From: Octopus vulgaris
Taxonomy: Eukaryota
NCBI GenBank assembly: GCA_951406725.2
Contig: OX597821.1
Span: forward strand, 86,552,001 to 86,616,000
Length of the DNA stretch: 64,000 bases
Direction: 5' to 3'
Below, piece after piece: positions 16,520-29,678 of this stretch (within the stretch, counting starts at the first letter, position 1; each line of letters starts with the position of its first letter). The position numbers and the translations under genes are program-made. Under the pieces are notes generated by a model, which saw only the letters and a program-made list of their open reading frames with translations, made no database searches and was not told where the DNA came from.

Positions 16520-16865
16520 ATTAGTAATATTATTATTATATTGTCTTTGCACAGCATCTAACGCTGGAGATGTACTACGGTGTCAGCCCGTATTTTTCGA
16601 GCACTATCGGGAGTATCCGAGCGGTCCCAAGCAGTGCTGTTTTCTGTAAGTGCTCCACCCTTATTGCAGCCCCTGTTTGTTCCATGTACTTCTCAAGATT
16701 TTTACTCACTGTTCCCAGGGCCCGACAATTATTGGTACTACTACCACCTTTTTCAGCGACGACAACTGCTTAACATCCCAAGCTAACCTGCCATATCTAT
16801 CGACTTTTCTTTCTTCCTTATTGCATACCTTGTTGTCATATGGACATACTATATCTATGAATTAA
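16520..16865 (-). mobile_element. R4/Dong-like non-LTR 3' end with a (TAA)n-like tail
   Basis: IDIVCPYDNKV..KE..KVDRY..LAW..VVPIIVG.LGTV..LQKTALLGTARIL. Confidence 0.8.
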
Positions 16866-16994
16866 TAGACGACGAAGAAATACCTGCTGAATTCATCGCT
16901 TACTCCGACTTAACTTACATAGGCGTTGTGAGAGGACGTGGTGTTAGACGAAGGCGAGAACCACCTACATTCCCGATAGTTGTATAGAATGTTA

Positions 16995-18448
16995 ATCAGC
17001 GTATTCTGCGTGCGATATGATCTCACATTCTTGGATTATGGAATCTATGAACCTATTTGGTATTGCATCAAATGTTGAGCGATTGCTTGGAAAAAGTATG
17101 GCGAAGTGGAGGACGGAACTGACAGCATATGGAAGAAGTTTAGGGACAATAGAAATCAGGAGAGGCATCCTCCAAAGGGACTGCCTGTCCCCACTGATCT
17201 TATTACTGTGCAAGATACCACTAATACTGATTCTGAGGAAAGCAAAGGCTGGATATGTATCCAAAAGCCGCCAACAAAACGTCAACCATTTGTTATTCAT
17301 GGATGACCTCAAACTTTATAATAAAGATGAATCCCAAGTCAATTCCCTCGTTGATACGGTGTATACTCTCAGTGCTGATATCAGAATGGTGTTCGGACTG
17401 AAAAAGTGTGGTGTGTTAGTCTTGAAGAGAGGTAAAATTAAATGTGTGGACGGACTAGCGATAGAGTCGGGAGTGTTTATGAAACAGATAGAAGAGACGG
17501 GCTATAAGTACTTGAAGATATTGGAAATGAATAAATTGATGGAAAAAGAAATAGCAGAAAATATTATGGTGCAGTACTTGCGCTGACAGAGACTGATCCT
17601 TAAGTCGAAATTAAACGGAAGGAATAAGATTGAAGCTATCAATACCTGGGCGGTTTCACTCCTTAGATATGGAGTAGGAGTAATCGTATGGAGAGTAGAC
17701 GAACTAAACAGCTTAGACAGAAAGACAAGGAAGTTGCTGACTAGATAAGGGGTTCTTTACCCAAAAGTGACACAGACAGACTGATTGAATGCGAACACAA
17801 CATTAGAGCAGAAGAAAACAACATAGCATGGTATGTAAAAAATGCTACAGAACCGCTATTATTGGAAGTAAGAAGGTCAGGCTTGTGTAGGATGGAAGAT
17901 TGCAAAGATAATGCACTGTACAATGACTTGAGATTGAATGAAGCTGAAAATAGGTCAATAGAGAAAAGAATGAATGGACAATTTCATAGGAATGTTGAAG
18001 ATAAAACAGACAGAGAAAAAGATGGCTATGGATGACCAAAAGTGTTTTAAACCGGAAACGGAGGAGGCTCTAATCTGTGATGCCTAAGAGCAAGCATTAA
18101 AAACGAATTACATCAAATACAGAATAGACAACACATCAGAAAGTGATAAGTGCAGAATTTGTGGACAAAATCGTGAAACCGTATGGCATATTACCAGTCA
18201 ATGTACGCTACTATCCCAGAAAGAATATAAGAGACGTCATGACAATATAGCAAGGATTGTCCATTGGACACTTTGCTACAAATATGGACTTGACAGAGCA
18301 AGAAACATGGTACGAACATAAACCCGAAGGCATCATCGAAAATGATAATGCAAAGATCCTTTGGGATTTTCTGATTTAATGCGACCATGAGATAGAGAAC
18401 AGGAAACCAGGCATAGTGTTAATTGAGAAAGAAAGCAGACGATGCTGC
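16995..18448 (+). mobile_element. R4/Dong-clade non-LTR retrotransposon fragment (RT, CCHC knuckle, start of RLE)
   Basis: RGILQRDCLSPL, NHLLFMDDLKLY, FGLKKC, YKYL; CRICGQNRETVWHITSQC; RRHDNIARIVHW; ILWDF..RKP; stops and frameshifts. Confidence 0.9.
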
Positions 18449-19084
18449 ACACCGCGGGTGGCTGAGAGGGAGGGGGGAGAGAAGTAAGCAGGCAAGTTAA
18501 AACTGTGAATTAAAAGACTGAGAACTCTCTGGTCGTTGTTACAGACATCGAAGATATATTCACGAAATCAATCATTCCACCAGCAAACCATTTCACCTTT
18601 GTACACTATATTGCAGAACTCGCAGCATATAAGACTGGGTCAAGTACAATCAATGTGATCGATGGCGTTGGCTGCAAACTTGAGGGGGGGAGTATTCAAG
18701 TCCCTATATGTGATATGAAGGTCTCTATTCCTCCGAGCTGACAGGTCTCATACATCCTCCAGTCATGCACCCCAGATCCACCCGTTTCTCCCCCTCTCCT
18801 CACCTGTGTTGCTTTCAACACTCCTGTCTCTACGCTGACCATTAACACCATTCCTTCCTCCCCTGAGCATCCACCTTCTGAAATCTCGTTATTTTCACGT
18901 CCTTCCAGCAGATTATGATCCATAACATTTTAAACGGAAAATTAACATCAAGCTCTCCGGTCTCAGAGGCCCTGCAATGGTCGGGAGCACATTTCATTTC
19001 ATCCAGACAAAGTAAATAAAAAGAAATACGGCATCGGGAGAGGGGTCACGTAAAGATTCTGAGCAAGTGAACCTAGGTACACTA

Positions 19085-20470
19085 TGCAGAGTGCGAGGGG
19101 TATTTGAGAACACTTAATTGTCATCATATTACTGTCTTCAAACCAATTAAACGGTTTTTCCTTCTTACAGAAGGTAAAATGTCAGGTAAAATGCAAACGC
19201 AAGAAATAAAGACATGCAATCATTGTTATATGTGCGGAATATAAAGATTTAGAAGTTGCCAACTTTCTAAATGTTGCAAGATCTTTTCTATACAAAGTCC
19301 AGATGGAATTACAAGCCCCTGTTTCAACCGTATCAAAGAATGAAAAACAGCATTCTAAACATTCGAACCCTATAAGAACACCGCAATTCATCCAAGGTAT
19401 TCAAAACATTTTCTATGATGATATTGGAAAAACAATAAGAATAAACGTTAGAGAATTTCAGATGTCAGAATGAGCTGGCAGAGTGGTTAGCACGCCGGGC
19501 GAAATGCTTAGCGGTATTTCGTCTGCTGCTACGTTCTGAGTTCAAATTCCGCCGAGGTCGACTTTGCTTTGCCTTTCATCATTTCGGGGTCGATTAAATA
19601 AGTACCAGTTACGCACTGGGGCCGATATAATCGACTTAATTTGTTTGTCTGTCTTTGATCGTCCCCCCTGTGTTTAGCCCCTTGTGGGTAGTAAAGAAAT
19701 AGGTATTTCGTCTGCTGCTACGTTCTGAGCTCAAATTCCGCCGAGGTCGACTTTGCCTTTCATCCTTTCGGGGTCAATAAATTAAGTACCAGTTACGCAC
19801 TGGGGTCGATGTAATCGACTTAATCCCCTTGTCCTTGTTTGTCCCCTCTGTTTAGCCCCTTGTGGGCAATAAAGAAATAAGAATGATCTGTCAGAACTGT
19901 GGTGCACGAGAACATTTGATACAAGTCATATATACTTAGGAAATGCCAATTCATTGTGCACAGACACCGAAAACCCATTTGATCCATACCAAATGTTTAA
20001 TAAGGCTCCTCACGAACATGGTTGCTCTGGTTCTTCTCCGATGACAAAAACGTCAACCAAAATCAAATGTCTAACAGGAGAAATGACAGGTGGTTACGTG
20101 CAGACCCTTTCTGATGTCACAAACTGATACACACTACGTTTCCAGCACCCCAGTGCTTTTAGGAGTGGTGAGTAACGAAGTTCATGTCATGTCACTTCAC
20201 ATCTTTCTAAGGCGTCTTAGAATTAAAGCTGCTGGGCATATTGAAGTTCCAAAGACACTTGTTAAGCTCTAGATGGATGAAGTATGTAGTGGAAGGCTTT
20301 ACGTATTTCATCAAGATTCAGCACCTTCTCACAAAGCTCTCGTATCCCCAAAAATGTATATCAGATAATCTCTATGGTCATGTAACACCGAACTTGTGAC
20401 CTTCAAACTTACTAGATTTAAATCCCATGGACTTCTACATTTGGAGAGTTATTGAAACGGAAACTAATCA
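19085..20470 (+). mobile_element. Degenerate maT/DD37D-like transposon with a nested SINE
   Basis: FHQDSAPSHKA...LDLNPMDFYIW; same family as 8340-9935. Confidence 0.75.
19472..19880 (+). mobile_element. tRNA-derived SINE family B, partial tandem dimer
   Basis: GAGCTGGCAGA..GTTAGC head, GAGTTCAAATTCC B-box, body repeated from 19702; other copies 27870-28094(-), 37222-37456(-), 43931-44160(+), 58655-58874(-), 62912-63024(+). Confidence 0.88.
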
Positions 20471-21129
20471 ACATTCTTTGTTGATTTGTTTTGTCCTTTC
20501 TAAATATATGTTCAAAGTTGTACATTGGTAGGTGTACCTAATCAGGCTTGATCTGGGGACAAAACGAGAACAAGACTCGGTCATACAGAGGTCAAAGGCT
20601 TTGCTACAGATGCGATATATTACAAAGGATAAAGTATCAACTGTTGTTGTTAAGACTTAACTTGGTAAACTGCAACTTAATGCCACGATATTTTTATGTC
20701 TATAAAACAAATCTAACATGATTATTTCATGAAAATCGTATGAGAATTCTACAAATTTTCTTAGTATTAGTATTAGTAGTAGTAGTGGTGGTGGCAGAGG
20801 TCTCTGTCTAGTTGCTTTCATGGTCGCTATATTTAAATACTATTGCTGTTAATGTTTTGTTCTTTTGATATTCTCTCAGCATCATTGTAGTAAGATAATG
20901 AAAAATGTAAATAGCTTTAAATGCCTTACAATAGAAGATTATGGACAAAAGTGGGACGATGACGATAATAATATTTTTGTAGTTTATGCTGATGTTGCCT
21001 TTTTTTTTCAATTTTAAACAGTAATCTGTGTTGGACAAACCACATCTCTAAGATTGTCAAAAAGACTGAGGGTGTCTAAGCGTCACTCAGTAAGACCTTT
21101 GTCAGCGGCTCTCCAGCTATTTAAATATT

Positions 21130-21520
21130 TAAAACCATGTTTGACTATGGTACGTCTACACTTATTGCACTACCAGTCTGGAACCCCTAGCTTGCTCGGC
21201 ATATCAATTCCCTGGAAACTGTTCAGAAACGTGCAACCAAAGAATGAATACCTGCCGTCAGGCATCTCCCATACTCTGACCGTCTTGCTTCCCTACGAAT
21301 GGACACATTAAAGCTCAAACGTCTGGTAACTGACTTGGTAGTACAACACTCACGACTTTCGGAAACATTTTCCCCGCTCAGAATTGCTGAAGCATGGAAT
21401 AAAGTACCTGCATCAGCTGTTAGCTGTCGAGACACTACATCCTTCAAAATTTCCGTCCTGAAATTTGCCATCAGTGCACCTGATACCACCTTTTTCTCTT
21501 TTTTAACTGTAGTGCACCTA
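21130..21520 (+). mobile_element. CR1-like LINE 3' fragment
   Basis: VWNP...SLETVQKRATK...RHLPYSDRL...EAWNKVP; same family as 44488-44965. Confidence 0.8.
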
Positions 21521-21529
21521 CAATTAGAT

Positions 21530-21763
21530 TAGTGATTCTCAACCATTTTTTGCCTATGGACTCCTTTGATTCCTGTTTTACGCAGCTGGATCGCCACAGC
21601 CATTCAATGTTTTAAAAAATCCTGTTGTATTTTTATAATTAAATATTATTAGGAATTGTTAAAAAAAATATTAAATATTTCGTATATAGTAGAAGTATAA
21701 CCAATTTATTGCACACAAACCCTAACAGCAAAATCTTGTATGGGGCCCGGTTGAGAATCACTG
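21530..21763. mobile_element. hAT-type MITE
   Basis: TIR TAGTGATTCTCAACC/GGTTGAGAATCACTG with perfect 8-bp TSD AATTAGAT. Confidence 0.88.
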
Positions 21764-22885
21764 AATTAGATATCAATTCATATCAATTTCCAGCAGTCTT
21801 ATAATCAAAAGCGTCCCAACCTTGACCATTTCGTCTTTTTTGCATGCATCGCATATCAAATACAACCTTATCCAATATCGTCTTAAATACTATCTTATTA
21901 AAGGCGGTATGGTTTGACTTAAAGATAATTTAGTTGCAATATGTAGCAGCTGAGTGAATACACAGAACAAAGTTAGGGACCTTATTTAGTACTAAGGGCT
22001 CACCACTGTTCGTTAAAATAGATTTCAAGATTTAATGTTAAAGTCGTCGTTTTCGTTAACTACACATTTATTAAAACTCCTTTTAAACCAACTTCATGTT
22101 AAATTTCTTAGGAATCATTCACTGACAAAGTTGTGGCAAAAGAAGAGGCAGTAGATGTTTGCAGTAATGAATCTGTATCTTGAAAAATTACAACTTATTC
22201 AATGTGAAACATTTCATAGTTTCTACAGTAAGTTTTAGAAATGTAAATTTTCGACTATTCCCATCCAGATTGGTACCAAATACCTTGTGAACTATTCCCA
22301 TTGTTGCACCCAAACAAGCTCATATATTTCACTTATAGATCCTCAGAATTATTGGCTTGCTGACGAAGAGATTCTGCACAAATAAATTTCGATTCCTTCA
22401 AATGGTGAAATTTCGTAGCTATTGCTTTACACGGCCTTGTGAGAAATAAGGGATTGTATCACATTCATCCAACAGAGAAATGTAAAAAACATCTCGAGCA
22501 TTATTCACTTGCCCACCAAACATGATGTATTTCTTGTCCCTTGAGGATTCTAACTGAGGCTCCTCTTCACCACATCTCTTGTATATAAAACGTATTTACT
22601 CGCTCCCACCCTATCTCTTCAATCGAAATCCAGCTTTCGTAGTGCTATAGTTGAAGGCTGCTTTTGTGGAATTTTCCACCCAACAGGAACAAAAAATTTC
22701 CAAGAGTGGATTGATGTCCAATTTCTGCATCTAAAATCAAGTAAGTTGATGTGCTTGTCTGATGACGGTTGAGAAGTTCTCATACATAGCCAGATGTTCC
22801 TACCGAACCTCTCCAACTACTGTACGTAGTGAAAACAGAATGAGTCATTCCTGCTTATGCAGTTTGTGTTTTACATTTTATTTGT

Positions 22886-23322
22886 GGTCTGCATCAGTAT
22901 CGAATAAAACCCCACACATAGCATTTGAAAGAGATCAAAAGAGGTGGAAATCCGTTGATGCCAAATCAGGAGAGTACGGTAGGTGTGGCAGCACTTCCCA
23001 GCCATGCATTTGAATGACTTCCTTGGTCATATTGGTGATATGAGGGTGGACGTTGTTGTGCAGCAGAACTCCATGCTGGTGATTAGGTCTTTTCTCTCGA
23101 ATAGTCATGTTGAGTCATTCCATGTGTTGAACACAGAGTTCCGTGTTGACCGTTTGGTTCCATTCAAGCAATTCGTAATGGATAATCCCTTCCCAGTCCC
23201 ACCATATGCACAACATCGTTTTACGCAGATGAAGATCTTGTTTCACGTGCGATGTTGCTTGTTTACCGGGGCTAAGCCACTCCTTACGCTGCTTCATATT
23301 GATGTACAGGCACCATGGTTTC
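22886..23322 (-). mobile_element. Mariner transposase fragment
   Basis: KTMLCIWWDWEGIIHYELL...LHNNVHPH...LPHLPYSPDLASTDFHLF. Confidence 0.88.
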
Positions 23323-23929
23323 AAAGACTAGACTGGAGCGAGACCTCACCTGCATCCATTTGCCATGCACAAGATCACGAGGCTCGCGATGGAAAACCCA
23401 ATTCAGATCTGTCTCTTTTGGCGCCACTTCACAGCAGCACTTGCTGAACACACCACTGGCTGGGCCTGTCTGCATGTGTACCTCCAGAGGCTACTTGCAT
23501 CCGCACTATCGGAGCTACTGCACAACGCACACAGCTAAAGACGGTTGCTGAGAGCAGCACACTTCACCTTTCCTGTGAAACTTGTAAATAAAACCAGGTG
23601 TAAATAGCATTCGTACACGAAGTCTTCTCTCTTCGCCTGCCGGAAGCCTGAACAAAAAGATGATGGAAGACGACAATATTCTTCCAATATCGTAAACCTT
23701 GCCTTCCATTATATAATCAAGCATTTATGGTGCATTTTGAGCAGCAAGTGAGGAGCAACTTTCCTCTGTTGTCATTGCTGAAAGCACTAAAATAGGTTTC
23801 TATTCAAAGAATTTATCAAAATTCCTCTAAGGAGAACCAGCAAAGGCATTCTAACCATACCCACTCTGTATTTTATCAGGTAGTATATGTAGGATTATTG
23901 GTGGTTATAGTATGAATGGTTATATTTGT

Positions 23930-24207
23930 TAGTGCCAGTGGCAAATCTGATACCAGTGCCGGTGGCACATAAAAAGCACCATCCGACCGTGGTCGTTGGC
24001 AGTTTCGTCTGGCACATGTGCCGGTGGCACGTAAAAAGCACCCACTACACTCACAGAGTGGTTGGTGTTAGGAAGGGCATCAAGCTGTAGAAACACTGCC
24101 AAATCAGACTGGGCCTGGTGCAGCCTTCTGACTTCCCAGACCCCAGTTGAACCGTCCAACCCATGCCAGCATGGAAAGCGGACGTTAAATGATGATGATG
24201 ATGATGT
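23930..24207 (+). mobile_element. (GAT)n-tailed RTE-LINE 3'-UTR fragment (representative of ~20 copies between 23.9 and 64 kb)
   Basis: GTTGGYGTTAGGAAGGGCATC core, tandem GGTGGCACGTAAAAAGCACC subunits, (GAT)n tail. Confidence 0.8.
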
Positions 24208-24593
24208 TGTGAGTGGTGGTGGTTAGCTTCATTTATTCGATGTATATTTCTTGGATTGTGATGTTCGACTGCTCTCACCTGCAATATTTTTTTTTGACAT
24301 TTCTGCAAATATAACATCATCACTGTTTTGTTATTTATCAGTTAACACACATCAAAGGATGAACAACTGAAAATAACACAAAAGCAATCAATTAAAAAAG
24401 AAAAACAAAGATTTATATTTTTGAGAATTATTATTATTATTATTATGTACTTGTTATTACCATCATAATAAACATTTTTCCTTCACAGACATCCTCCCCC
24501 ACCAAAAAACAAAAAAATGGATGACATGAAATAGAGAAACAAATGGATAGTAACTAAAATAAATCCATGATGATGATGACAACAATGATGGCA

Positions 24594-24626
<33 letters not shown>

Positions 24627-25982
24627 TAGGCTGAAGACCAAAAGAAGTTGTGTTGCAGTTAAAAATCTGCAATCAGACACTTATAAAATAAAATATTTTC
24701 CCTTTTTTTAATTGGAATGAGACTTAAACTTATTTTATGTGTTAATGAAGAAAAAGGGGATGACATCAGAAATCATAACCAAGCTGTAGACTCAATTGTC
24801 AGCAGCTTGCTTCTTGCTAATAATTACAATAATAACTGTTTCTCATTTAGGCACAAGACTAGCAATTTTCAGAGGAGGAGGCTGGTCGATTACGTCAACC
24901 TCTGTACTTGAATGGTTCTATATTTGATCAACCTTGAAAAGATGACAGGAAAATTTGAACTTGGCAGGATTTGAACTCAGAAGGTAACGATCCAGAATTA
25001 AGGTGGCAAAGCATCTTTTTTTTTCCTGATACTCTAACCATTCCGTCAACCTGTTACCCCGAAGAATTCCTTAGACACAAAGCCAAAATATTTGGTAGAG
25101 GGGAGTTGGTGTGCATATGAATGTATGTATATGTGTGATTCTCCTTTACTCTCATCCCGATGCTGTATCCTCTGATATTCTCTCCATTACTGTCCTTTCA
25201 CAATAAGTCTATTACTTCCATTATAGGAACTCTTCTTCACTTAGCAAACTACAATGCAAGGTCTATAATGCTGGTGCCAAGAAAAGAAATTGCACCCATT
25301 ACACTCTATAAAGTAGTATAATGCACCCATTACACTCTAATAGTTGGTATTAGAGAGGGCATCCAACTATAGAAATCAAGCCAAAAATGAGACATTGCAA
25401 CAAGACGTAAACTTGAAACCTACTGAATCCTGTTGAATCATCCTATTCCATGTCTGCCTGGAAAATGGACATAATGATGTATCTCTATTATATAAATACA
25501 AGTATGTACATATATATAGGTATATACCGTGAAAATAATAAGGGTAGAAAATTTAGAAAAATTTTCATACCGGTGGCTACAAATATATTTTTATTTTCAT
25601 TCCCTTTGAAATTGCCCTTATTCATGGTTTGGGCTTTAACTGCCCTTCCTAGCATGTAAGGTGTCTTGTCAAAGGTCACCTCTTTTGTGTATAAATACAT
25701 AAATTGTTTATACACTATTATATATATATATATATACATGACAATTATAGTGTGGAAGACATATTAACCATTTAAGCACACACAAAAACTGTTAACTTAA
25801 ACATTTATTACTTGGTGTTAAAATTTTCATCATGTTTACTGCAACCTGGTCACTGACACAGTTCCACTGCAGGTTTCATGTGTTTTAGAATGGTTATGCT
25901 TTTTTCCACACAGCAACTGTAACAGTTTCAACACATGGTATCAGATCATATCAAATGCAAGACAAGTACTTCTCCTAAGTAA

Positions 25983-26019
<37 letters not shown>

Positions 26020-26026
26020 TAGATAG

Positions 26027-26086
<60 letters not shown>

Positions 26087-26630
26087 ACACACACACACAC
26101 ACATATACAGTGATTTTATTTGTTCTACAGTTGTATTTAACTCATATAAAATTCTCTTTGGATTTTTTAGTCTCCTAGATCAGGAATTTTCATTATCCTT
26201 TTAAAGCCCAATTTTCCAGACTTATATGTGCTGGACAGAATTATTGAGGCAGATTTTCTACAGTTGGATACCAACTCTCACCTGTTTCCAAATTAGGTTA
26301 TATTTCTCTATGGCCAATCATGTTCTCATAGAAGTGTAGAAATCAATGATAATGCTTGTAAGATGGTGACAATCATTTCACAACTATCATGTGATGTTGA
26401 GACAAAGAAACACTATACACTCACTCACACACACACATGCATGTGTGTGTGTGTATACAATACAGTTTCTTCAACCAAATCCACTCACAAAGCTTTGGTC
26501 AGCCTGAGGCTATAATACAATCGCCCAGGGGGTACCACACAGTGGGACTGAACCGAAAACCATCTGGTTGGGATGCAAACTTCTTAACCACACAGCCACA
26601 CCTGTACTTATTGCATACACAAATATATGC

Positions 26631-26691
<61 letters not shown>

Positions 26692-26719
26692 ATTGTATAC
26701 AATAGAAGTTGTATTAAAT

Positions 26720-27250
26720 TATGTATCATACACAATGTAAATAAATTTCTGAAAAGCAAATTTATTACACCATTCATCCAAAGATAACATCTATGGATGT
26801 GCTGTATTTAAACCACAATATATGTCAGAGGGAGATGGAAATGATCCCAGCAGTTGCTTGCAAGAATGCTAGATGTATTTCAGCCTTACTGGTCATATCA
26901 ATGACGTGTACTCACAGCCAACCACATACCTATACAAGATTTGTTATATCAGATATATAGGAAGCAATGAATAATATTCACTGATGTTGCTGATAGCCAT
27001 TCAGTTGAATAAATATCCATCATATGCAAGAGAAGCATTATTAAATTAAAATAGTCATTTATGTATCATACTAAATGTAAATGCATTGTTGAAAGGCAAC
27101 TTTGCTAAGTTACTCATTCAGAGATAACATTTCATGTGGATGTGCTGCATTTAAAAACAGTATATTGGAGAGAAAAAAATCATCCTAGCAGCAGCTAACA
27201 AGAATACCCAATGCATTTCAGCTTTGTTGAGCCTTGTCAATAGGATGTAC
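26720..27250 (-). mobile_element. Old ~340-bp tandem with two decayed hammerhead-like motifs (Penelope pLTR-like)
   Basis: Diverged repeats ~26720-26910 and ~27060-27250; each contains a CpG-decayed version of GACGCGTTTCGGC..GCCTCATCAG. Confidence 0.5.
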
Positions 27251-28863
27251 TTCGATGTACTGGAGGTGACAAATCTTATATTGGCAAGTGGTTAGCTGAG
27301 AATACATGCCATCTTAATCTTGCCACACTTCATCTTTAACACCTCTCATATCTGCTATTATTTTCAATGCTCTTGTGTATTTGCCATCAAAGGCCGCAGT
27401 CCTAACCCCAACCCCGTGGCTACCCCACTCACTACAGCCAGCTTTATATACCTCTGACCTCCGTCTTTGTCACTGTGCAGCTCTCTTCTTCCCATCCTTA
27501 CTCCTTGCACATTAACCTTCTACTATCTTCCTGCCAGAGTTGCTTCTACCTCCCTCACTTTAACTGCCCTACCCCCATCTCCATATTGATGTTTCCAATC
27601 AACTTTACCTCCACTCTTGCTCATCACTCACATTCACCTCCACCCCTATCTCTAACCACCTATTACTTTCCTCTCACACTCTCAAGAAATTATGCACCCT
27701 CACCTTCCTTATTGATCCACTGTCTGTACCACGTACCCTTTTTTAAACTCACCTACCTGTGCCTTTAGAGTTTGTTCTAGTACCTCATCACTATCATTTC
27801 TATTTTCTTCTCAGCTACACCCACCTACAATTACATAACACAGGGTAGCCATGTATCTCTTCTATATATCTCTTTATTGCCCACAGGGGGCTAAACACAG
27901 AGAGGACAAACAAGGACAAAAGCATTAAGTCGATTACATCGACCCCAGTGCATAACTGGTACTTAATTTATCGACCTTGAAAGGAGGAAAGGCAAAATTA
28001 ACCTCGGCGGAATTTGAACTCAGAACGTAACAGCAGACGAAATACCGCTAAGCATTTTGCCCGGGGTGCTAACGGTTCTGCCAGCTCGCCGCCCTCTTCT
28101 ATAGCAAGACAGTTGCGCTTGTCCCTCCATCATATTTCAGCTTCTCAATACCTGGCATAGCGCTCACCACCACTTCAACTACATATACCCCACTTAGTTG
28201 AGAAGTCTTTTTTCCTTTACTTTTCTTCTCTTGCAAGTTACTTGGGGAACTCAACTAGAGCCCATGGTATAAAAGAAAGGCACCCAGTACACACTGTAAA
28301 GTGGTTGACATTAGGAAGGTCATCCAGCCATAGCCACCATGCTGAAAATGACATAGGAGTTCAATGCATTCCCTTGGCTTGCCAGAGCCTGTCAAACAAT
28401 CCAAACCATGCCAGCATGGAAAACAAACGTTAAATGATGATGATGATGATGATATATACACATTCACATAAAACACAAATATATATATATCTGTGTGCGT
28501 GTTTATACACACACACACACACACACATACATATGAGACTGTGTGGTTAAGAAATTCGTTGTACAACAGGATGGTTTTATAGTCAGTCCTAGAGGGCAGC
28601 ACCTTATGAGTGAAAATGCTAAGTGGAAACTAAAAAGAAACCCTTCATATATATATATATATACATATATATACACACACACATACATACATATGCGTGT
28701 ATATATATATACACACACACATACACACAAAAAACACACGTACATAACAATAAACTTACCCAAGTATGGTATGGGTCAATGTGGACAGAAGATATATTCA
28801 TATCTACAATGTTCATTCATGTGTTTATTATACATTGCTCAATTTCATATGTTCAAATGTTCT

Positions 28864-28912
<49 letters not shown>

Positions 28913-28962
28913 CATTGGTCACACATATATTGTGTTTTGCTTATATGCCCATTGTAATACTC

Positions 28963-29007
<45 letters not shown>

Positions 29008-29068
29008 TACATCATATGTAAGCAAACATAAGTTTGTTTTTGAAGCACTGAAATGTATTGTAGTCCAG

Positions 29069-29216
29069 ATAGAAAGATATACTTTTTCAATGCGTAAGTA
29101 CTAATAGAACAGCATATGTAGGATTGGCTGGTTGCTGATAGATTTTCTGCTCTGTAAAGATTTTATCCTATATTGTTCTATCAGTACTTAAGCATTGAAA
29201 AAATATATCTTTCTAC
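29069..29216. repeat. Imperfect foldback inverted repeat (~55-bp arms)
   Basis: TAGAAAGATATA..CAATGC.TAAGTACT.ATAGAACA and its reverse complement. Confidence 0.8.
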
Positions 29217-29217
29217 T

Positions 29218-29246
<29 letters not shown>

Positions 29247-29254
<8 letters not shown>

Positions 29255-29432
29255 AAATATAAGGAATGGCCATAATAGGACATTCGACTCACTAGAAAAG
29301 AGCAGCCAAACTCAAACCGCTATTTTATTTCTCTTTCAATTTCAGAATTACAACTATTTAGCGGTTTGAGTTTGGCTGCTCTTTCTAGTGAGTCGAATGT
29401 CCTATTATGGCCATTCCTTATATTTTTGAATG
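29247..29432. repeat. Perfect foldback inverted repeat (~75-bp arms)
   Basis: 29247-29322 reverse-complements 29359-29432. Confidence 0.92.
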
Positions 29433-29521
29433 TATATTATATAGTCTTTGACTATCTTTTCTTTCTCGCTGGACCGCTGGTAGCGGAGAATTTTTAGAAT
29501 TTCTTGCTACCCTTATATTTA

Positions 29522-29556
<35 letters not shown>

Positions 29557-29678
29557 TATTTATATACACATAAATGTATATTTATATACACATGAATGAG
29601 TGTTTCATACATACACACACCTAATCCGGTGTGTGTGTGTATATATGAACAGGTCAAGCCAGCTGAGAAGTAAACAGT

